From a virus (Duplodnaviria; Heunggongvirae; Uroviricota; Caudoviricetes), in the IMG/VR virus record IMGVR_UViG_2802429231_000004, positions 1-11,151 of that record: 11,151 nt of DNA. One strand, written 5' to 3'. Below the pieces are notes generated by a model, which did not search any database, was not told the origin of the DNA, and was given only the letters and a program-made list of their open reading frames with translations. Positions within the stretch are counted from its first letter, which is position 1; each line of letters opens with the position of its first letter. Both the position numbers and the translations under genes were made by a program. This document shows positions 6,062 to 11,151 of the stretch, piece by piece.

Positions 6062-6295
6062 TCAATCTGGTCTGACCTGTTTTCTGAGCAATTCAGTAAT
6101 GTCACTCTTTTCTTTGTTTGCTTCAGGCGAAACTCTTTTTACTGAGCACAGTCTCCGGCGGCAGGCTTCAATGACCCAGGCTGAGAAATTCCCGGACCCT
6201 TTTTGAACAAGAGCGATGTTAATTTGTTCAATCATTTGGTTAGGAAAGCGGATGTTGCGGGTTGTTGTTCTGCGGGTTCTGTTCTTCGTTGACAT
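6062..6295 (-). CDS. Small ribbon-helix-helix (Arc/MetJ/CopG-like) DNA-binding protein, possibly YlcI/YnfO-like (DUF3950), 77 aa
   Basis: Basic N-terminus MSTKNRTRRTTTRNIRFPNQMIEQINIALVQKGSGNFSAWVIEACRRRL fits beta-strand/helix A/helix B of RHH regulators. Lies 42 nt upstream of, and co-oriented with, the 136-aa ORF. Confidence 0.65.
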   Translation of the reverse strand: MSTKNRTRRTTTRNIRFPNQMIEQINIALVQKGSGNFSAWVIEACRRRLCSVKRVSPEANKEKSDITELLRKQVRPD

Positions 6296-6494
6296 GAGGT
6301 TGCCCCGTATTCAGTGTCGCTGATTTGTATTGTCTGAAGTTGTTTTTACGTTAAGTTGATGCAGATCAATTAATACGATACCTGCGTCATAATTAATTAT
6401 TTGACGTGGTTTGATGGCGTAGATGCACGTTGTGACATGTAGATGATAATTATTATCATTTTGCGGGTCCTTTCCGGCGATCCGACAGGTTACG

Positions 6495-6506
6495 GGGCGG
6501 CGACCT
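6495..6506 (+). other. cos: cosN cohesive-end sequence (GGGCGGCGACCT) of a lambda-type cos site; cosQ-like sequence upstream and cosB downstream towards the small-terminase gene
   Basis: Exact lambda 12-nt cohesive end, preceded by GATCCGACAGGTTACG (lambda right-end sequence) and followed by CGCG..TTTTC.CTATTTATGA (lambda left-end-like). Confidence 0.85.
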
Positions 6507-6543
6507 CGCGCGTTTTCACTATTTATGAGATTTTTTGAGGGGG

Positions 6544-6555
6544 TGGTTGTTGTTT
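6544..6555 (+). repeat. cosB-region repeat TGGTTGTTGTTT (copy 1); candidate small-terminase binding element
   Basis: Exact 12-mer repeated at 6681-6692, with an inverted 9-mer ACAACAACC at 6604-6612, all between cosN and the small-terminase start. Confidence 0.4.
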
Positions 6556-6680
6556 AATTGTTTGGTATATCTAATTGATAAGTAAGGTGAAAATAAAATA
6601 AATACAACAACCTTACGATGTGTTTTGATGTCGTCAATGCAAAAAATGTCAATGATATCAAATGGTTTTGCAAAAACACA

Positions 6681-6692
6681 TGGTTGTTGTTT
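6681..6692 (+). repeat. cosB-region repeat TGGTTGTTGTTT (copy 2)
   Basis: Identical to the 6544-6555 12-mer; lies 31 nt upstream of the predicted small-terminase start. Confidence 0.4.
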
Positions 6693-6722
6693 CGCTTTTT
6701 ATCGATGACTTATGGAGAGGAG

Positions 6723-7229
6723 ATGGCCTTTTTATTGAATAAAAGTGATATGGCCTCCTCCATCGGTATCTCTGTTCAGGCATTTGATAAATGGGGCGTT
6801 CCTCCTGTTGAACGTCGGGGGAGGGAAGTTTTATATGACGTTAAAACTGTACTGGAGATAGATCGCGAGCGGCGACAACACAATCAGAGAACACCTGATG
6901 ACGGGGGAGAACTGGAGGAAAGGCTGCTTCGGGCCAGAGCTGAACTGACAGAAGAACAGGCTGTAGCTCAAAAACTTAAAAATCAGGTAACCGAAGGTAA
7001 GCTCATCGATTCAGACTTCTGCGTTTTCGCCCTCAGCAAACTGGCGATGGCATTGTCCAGTACGCTTGATTCCATTCCGTTATCCATGCAGCGACAGTTC
7101 CCGGATTTAACGCCACGTCATATTGACCATCTGAAAACCCTTATTGCAAAGGGGGCAAATCAGTGTGCGCGGGCAGGGGATAAATTACCGGATTTACTCG
7201 ATGAATATATCAGAGCAACAACTGAATAA
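6723..7229 (+). CDS. nu1: Terminase small subunit (Nu1 family), 168 aa
   Basis: C-terminal half aligns with lambda Nu1 as remembered (FCVFALSKLAMALSSTLDSIPLSMQRQFPDL..HIDHLK vs FCTFVLSRIAGEIASILDGLPLSVQRRFPEL..HVDFLK). Start chosen at ATG 6723 with SD GGAGAGGAG; the track ORF from 6618 is an extension across cosB. Overlaps the large-subunit start. Confidence 0.85.
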   Translation: MAFLLNKSDMASSIGISVQAFDKWGVPPVERRGREVLYDVKTVLEIDRERRQHNQRTPDDGGELEERLLRARAELTEEQAVAQKLKNQVTEGKLIDSDFCVFALSKLAMALSSTLDSIPLSMQRQFPDLTPRHIDHLKTLIAKGANQCARAGDKLPDLLDEYIRATTE

Positions 7230-9129
7230 TATGATGGCTGCCGTTTCGGTTGCGCTGCAGCCTCTGGTCAGGGTTGTACCAATGACGGCAGTTGAATGGG
7301 CTGATCAAAATTATTATCTGCCTAAAGAATCTTCATATGGTGAGGGAGAATGGAAAACGCTGCCATTCCAGATCGCCATTATGAACTGTATGGGTAACGA
7401 CCAGGTTCGCACGGTTAACCTGATTAAATCTGCCCGTGTTGGCTATACAAAGATGTTGCTGGGGGTGGTCGGGTATTTTATTGAGCATAAATCCCGAAAC
7501 AGTCTGCTTTTTCAGCCCACGGATTCTGCCGCTGAAGATTTTATGAAGTCTCACGTGGAGGCGACGATTCGGAACGTGCCATGCCTGAAAGACCTTTCCC
7601 CATGGCTGGGGCGTAAACATCGTGACAATACTCTCACGCTGAAACGCTTTTCATCGGGCGTCGGTTTCTGGTGCCTGGGCGGCGCTGCCGCCAAAAACTA
7701 CCGTGAAAAATCCGTGGACGTGGTCTGCTATGACGAACTTTCCTCGTTCGAGCCGGATGTCGAAAAAGAGGGCTCGCCAACCCTGCTGGGGGATAAGCGT
7801 ATTGAGGGGTCGGTGTGGCCAAAATCCATTCGCGGCTCGACGCCTAAAATCAAAGGCACCTGCCAGATCGAAAAAGCCGCTAACGAGTCGGCGCATTTTA
7901 TGCGTTTTTATGTGCCCTGCCCGCACTGTGGGGAGGAGCAGTATCTGAAATTTGGCGATGAGTCCACGCCTTTTGGGCTTAAATGGGAGAAGGACAGCCC
8001 TGAAAGTGTTTTCTACCTCTGTGAACATCATGGCTGCGTGATCCATCAGTCTGAACTGGACCAGAGCAACGGGCGGTGGATCTGTGAAAACACGGGCATG
8101 TGGACCCGTGACGGTCTGACGTTTTTCAGCGCCCGGGGTGATGAAATTCCGCCGCCGCGCTCCATCACGTTCCATATCTGGACGGCGTACAGTCCGTTCA
8201 CCACCTGGGTACAGATTGTCTATGACTGGCTGGATGCACTGAAAGATCCCAACGGCCTGAAAACCTTTGTGAACACCACGCTGGGCGAGACCTGGGAAGA
8301 GGCCGTGGGCGAAAAACTCGATCACCAGGTACTGATGGATAAGGTGGTGCGTTACACGGCGGCGGTGCCTGCCCGGGTGGTTTATCTGACGGCGGGCATT
8401 GACTCGCAGCGAAACCGTTTTGAGATGTATGTCTGGGGATGGGCTCCGGGAGAGGAAGCCTTTCTGGTGGATAAAATCATCATTATGGGGCGTCCTGATG
8501 AGGAAGAGACGCTGTTACGTGTGGATGCGGCGATCAACAAAAAATACCGCCATGCGGATGGCACCGAAATGACTATTTCCCGTGTCTGCTGGGACACCGG
8601 GGGGATCGATGGTGAAATTGTTTATCAGAGATCAAAAAAACACGGTGTTTTCCGGGTGCTGCCGGTAAAAGGCGCATCTGTCTATGGCAAGCCGGTGATC
8701 ACCATGCCAAAAACCCGCAATCAGCGGGGCGTGTATCTGTGTGAAGTGGGAACGGACACCGCAAAAGAAATTCTCTATGCCCGTATGAAAGCCGATCCCT
8801 CGCCTGCGGATGAAGCCACGTCGTATGCCATCCGTTTTCCTGATGATCCGGAGATTTTTTCGCAGACAGAGGCGCAGCAACTGGTGGCGGAAGAGCTGGT
8901 GGAGAAGTGGGAAAAAGGAAAGATGCGTCTGCTGTGGGATAACAAAAAGCGGCGTAACGAAGCGCTGGACTGCCTGGTGTATGCCTACGCGGCATTACGT
9001 GTGTCCGTGCAACGCTGGCAGCTTGATCTGGCTGTACTGGCAAAATCCCGGGAAGAAGAGACGACCCGGCCAACCCTGAAAGAACTGGCAGCGAAGCTGT
9101 CCGGAGGAGTGAATGGTTACAGTCGCTGA
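7201..9129 (+). CDS. A: Terminase large subunit (gpA family), 642 aa
   Basis: MNISEQQ start and strong collinear similarity to lambda gpA (TAVEWADQNYYLPKES, VGYTKMLLGV, CPHCGEEQYLKFGD, TTLGETWEE, ALDCLVYAYAALR). The track ORF from 7144 is an upstream extension. Confidence 0.95.
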   Translation: MNISEQQLNNMMAAVSVALQPLVRVVPMTAVEWADQNYYLPKESSYGEGEWKTLPFQIAIMNCMGNDQVRTVNLIKSARVGYTKMLLGVVGYFIEHKSRNSLLFQPTDSAAEDFMKSHVEATIRNVPCLKDLSPWLGRKHRDNTLTLKRFSSGVGFWCLGGAAAKNYREKSVDVVCYDELSSFEPDVEKEGSPTLLGDKRIEGSVWPKSIRGSTPKIKGTCQIEKAANESAHFMRFYVPCPHCGEEQYLKFGDESTPFGLKWEKDSPESVFYLCEHHGCVIHQSELDQSNGRWICENTGMWTRDGLTFFSARGDEIPPPRSITFHIWTAYSPFTTWVQIVYDWLDALKDPNGLKTFVNTTLGETWEEAVGEKLDHQVLMDKVVRYTAAVPARVVYLTAGIDSQRNRFEMYVWGWAPGEEAFLVDKIIIMGRPDEEETLLRVDAAINKKYRHADGTEMTISRVCWDTGGIDGEIVYQRSKKHGVFRVLPVKGASVYGKPVITMPKTRNQRGVYLCEVGTDTAKEILYARMKADPSPADEATSYAIRFPDDPEIFSQTEAQQLVAEELVEKWEKGKMRLLWDNKKRRNEALDCLVYAYAALRVSVQRWQLDLAVLAKSREEETTRPTLKELAAKLSGGVNGYSR

Positions 9130-9319
9130 ACTGCAGGCGCTGCGTCAGGCGCGCCTTGATTTATTAACCGGTAAACGGGTGGTGTCTGTCCAGAAAGATG
9201 GTCGCAGAATTGAATATACGGCGGCTTCTCTGGATGAGCTTAACCGGGCGATCAATGATGCGGAGTCGGTACTGGGGACAACCCGGCGTCGCCGTCGTCC
9301 GCTGGGAGTGAGGTTATGA
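9113..9319 (+). CDS. W: Head-tail joining protein gpW, 68 aa
   Basis: Similar to lambda gpW (LTGKRVVSVQKDGRRIEYTAASL vs [23 protein letters not shown]); SD GGAGGAG upstream; start overlaps the terminase end. Confidence 0.9.
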   Translation: MVTVAELQALRQARLDLLTGKRVVSVQKDGRRIEYTAASLDELNRAINDAESVLGTTRRRRRPLGVRL

Positions 9320-10908
9320 AACGAACGCCTGTCCTGATTGATGTGAACGGCGTTCCGCTTCGTGAGAGTCTCAGCTACAACGGGGGCGGTGCAGGATTTG
9401 GCGGGCAAATGGCGGAGTGGTTGCCACCGGCGCAGAGTGCCGATGCAGCCCTGCTGCCTGCGTTGCGTCTGGGGAATGCCCGGGCAGATGATCTGGTGCG
9501 CAATAACGGAATAGCGGCCAATGCGGTGGCACTGCATAAGGATCACATTGTCGGGCATATGTTTCTTATCAGCTACCGTCCGAACTGGCGCTGGCTGGGG
9601 ATGCGGGAGACCGCAGCAAAAAGCTTTGTCGATGAGGTGGAGGCGGCCTGGCCGGAATACGCCGAAGGGATGTCTGGCGAGATCGACGTGGAAGGAAAAC
9701 GCACGTTCACGGAATTTATCCGTGAAGGTGTGGGCGTTCATGCGTTTAACGGCGAAATCTTTGTGCAGCCGGTCTGGGATACGGAAACCACGCAGTTATT
9801 CCGTACGCGTTTTAAAGCCGTGAGTCCGAAACGGGTGGACACGCCAGGACACGGTATGGGGAACCGTTTTCTGCGGGCCGGGGTGGAGGTCGATCGATAT
9901 GGCCGTGCCGTTGCGTACCATATCTGTGAGGATGATTTTCCTCGCTCCGGGAGTGGACGATGGGAACGGATCCCGCGTGAACTTCCCACCGGGCGTCCGG
10001 CCATGCTGCATATTTTCGAGCCGGTGGAGGACGGGCAGACCCGTGGGGCCAACCAGTTTTACAGCGTCATGGAACGGCTGAAGATGCTCGATTCCCTGCA
10101 GGCAACACAGCTTCAGTCGGCCATTGTGAAAGCCATGTATGCAGCGACGATTGAAAGTGACCTTGATACCGAAAAGGCCTTTGAATATATCGCCGGTGCG
10201 CCGCAGGGGCAGAAGGATAATCCGCTTATTAATATTCTGGAGAAGTTCTCCACCTGGTATGACACGAATAACGTGACGCTGGGTGGTGTCAAAATTCCGC
10301 ACCTTTTCCCCGGGGATGATCTGAAACTACAGACTGCGCAGGATTCAGACAATGGATTTTCGGCGCTTGAACAGGCGCTGCTGCGGTATATCGCCGCCGG
10401 TCTTGGCGTTTCCTACGAACAGTTGTCCCGTGATTACTCGAAGGTCAGTTATTCAAGTGCCAGGGCCTCTGCCAATGAGTCGTGGCGCTATTTTATGGGG
10501 CGGCGAAAATTTATTGCGGCCCGGCTGGCCACGCAGATGTTTTCCTGCTGGCTGGAAGAGGCACTTCTTCGGGGGATTATCCGTCCGCCACGGGCGCGTT
10601 TTGATTTTTATCAGGCGCGATCAGCCTGGTCACGGGCAGAGTGGATTGGTGCCGGAAGAATGGCCATTGACGGGCTCAAGGAGGTTCAGGAATCGGTGAT
10701 GCGCATTGAGGCCGGACTGAGCACGTATGAGAAAGAGCTGGCGCTGATGGGCGAGGATTATCAGGACATTTTCCGCCAGCAGGTCAGGGAATCTGCAGAG
10801 CGGCAAAAAGCCGGACTCTCACGTCCGGTGTGGATAGCGCAGGCGTATCAGCAGCAGATAGCGGAGAGTCGCAGGCCGGAAGAGGAGACAACACCCCGTG
10901 AGACGTAA
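9316..10908 (+). CDS. B: Portal protein gpB, 530 aa
   Basis: Collinear similarity to lambda gpB (GNARADDLVRNNG, FEPVEDGQTRGAN, LQSAIVKAMYAATIES, LLRYIAAGLGVSYEQLSR, GRMAIDGLKEVQE); ATGA overlap with the W stop. Confidence 0.95.
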   Translation: MKRTPVLIDVNGVPLRESLSYNGGGAGFGGQMAEWLPPAQSADAALLPALRLGNARADDLVRNNGIAANAVALHKDHIVGHMFLISYRPNWRWLGMRETAAKSFVDEVEAAWPEYAEGMSGEIDVEGKRTFTEFIREGVGVHAFNGEIFVQPVWDTETTQLFRTRFKAVSPKRVDTPGHGMGNRFLRAGVEVDRYGRAVAYHICEDDFPRSGSGRWERIPRELPTGRPAMLHIFEPVEDGQTRGANQFYSVMERLKMLDSLQATQLQSAIVKAMYAATIESDLDTEKAFEYIAGAPQGQKDNPLINILEKFSTWYDTNNVTLGGVKIPHLFPGDDLKLQTAQDSDNGFSALEQALLRYIAAGLGVSYEQLSRDYSKVSYSSARASANESWRYFMGRRKFIAARLATQMFSCWLEEALLRGIIRPPRARFDFYQARSAWSRAEWIGAGRMAIDGLKEVQESVMRIEAGLSTYEKELALMGEDYQDIFRQQVRESAERQKAGLSRPVWIAQAYQQQIAESRRPEEETTPRET

Positions 10909-11095
10909 TCTTTCACACATTATTGCCGCAGCATTCAATGAACCGCTGCTTCTGGAGCCCGCCTATGCGCGGGTTTTCTTTTGCGCGCTCGGGCGCGAGA
11001 TGGGGGCAGCAAGTCTTTCGGTACCACAGCAGCAGGTACAGCTTGATGCTCCCGGAATGCTGGCTGAAACGGACGAGTACATGGCCGGAGGGTAA
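10898..11095 (+). pseudogene. C: gpC-like (prohead protease/scaffold) N-terminal ORF ending after 65 codons; truncated, frameshifted or replaced
   Basis: GTG start overlaps the portal stop as in lambda. The first ~30 residues (HIIAAAFNEPLLLEPAYARVFFCAL) match the lambda gpC N-terminus; the sequence then diverges and hits TAA at 11093-11095. The window ends 56 nt later. Confidence 0.45.
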
Positions 11096-11151
11096 GCGGC
11101 TCGTCAGAACCGTATTGATATTTACTGAGAGCTCAGATCAACTTTCCAGGG

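Noticed and set aside
5594-6295. Calling the RHH-plus-partner pair a toxin-antitoxin system
   Set aside because: The gene order and the RHH fold fit an antitoxin-first layout, but the 136-aa partner shows no toxin-family motif I can recognise and homologous sequence sits in lambda without known toxicity. Kept as an uncharacterised module, not called a TA system.
6618-6722. 5' extension of the small-terminase ORF (track start 6618)
   Set aside because: The extension covers the cosB repeats; the ATG at 6723 with SD GGAGAGGAG gives the expected Nu1-like N-terminus.
7144-7200. 5' extension of the large-terminase ORF (track start 7144)
   Set aside because: The gpA-like N-terminus MNISEQQ begins at ATG 7201; the extension lies inside the small-terminase coding region.
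7333-10352. Numerous minus-strand and alternative-frame ORFs (up to 224 aa) within the terminase, gpW and portal genes
   Set aside because: All overlap long, collinear, homology-supported structural genes; their translations are Arg/Pro-rich, typical of antisense frames in GC-rich genes.
1-11151. CRISPR array, rRNA, integrase/attachment site, IS element or transposase
   Set aside because: No short direct repeats with regular spacers, no rRNA-like sequence, and no recombinase-like ORF found by eye. The window is entirely late-region phage DNA.

Overview
This window is the late region (lysis plus DNA packaging and head genes) of a lambdoid, Stx-phage-like prophage from an E. coli-like enterobacterium, with all main genes on the + strand. 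Order: a PR'/tR'-like 6S region (1-234), a short DNA-methyltransferase C-terminal remnant, three phage tRNAs (Ile2-CAU, Arg-UCG, Arg-UCU; 396-647), a terminator-rich ~520-bp gap with no toxin ORF where Shiga-toxin phages carry stxAB, a NanS-p-like esterase (1173-3026), a phage-21-type lysis cassette (pinholin 3177-3392, SAR endolysin 3990-4523), lambda-type Rz/Rz1, an AT-rich minus-strand two-gene module, a lambda-type cos site (cosN 6495-6506), then terminase small and large subunits, gpW, portal, and a gpC-like ORF that stops after 65 codons. The lysis cassette is interrupted twice: by an uncharacterised 185-aa ORF (3396-3953) and by a terminator plus a small membrane-protein ORF (4683-4820). 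No CRISPR array, rRNA, integrase or IS element was seen. The candidates for an undescribed system are the 185-aa ORF, the small membrane ORF and the RHH-plus-partner module; none can be given a function from sequence alone. All identifications rest on manual reading and remembered family sequences, with no database search, and coordinates of non-ORF features were hand-counted and may be off by 1-2 nt.
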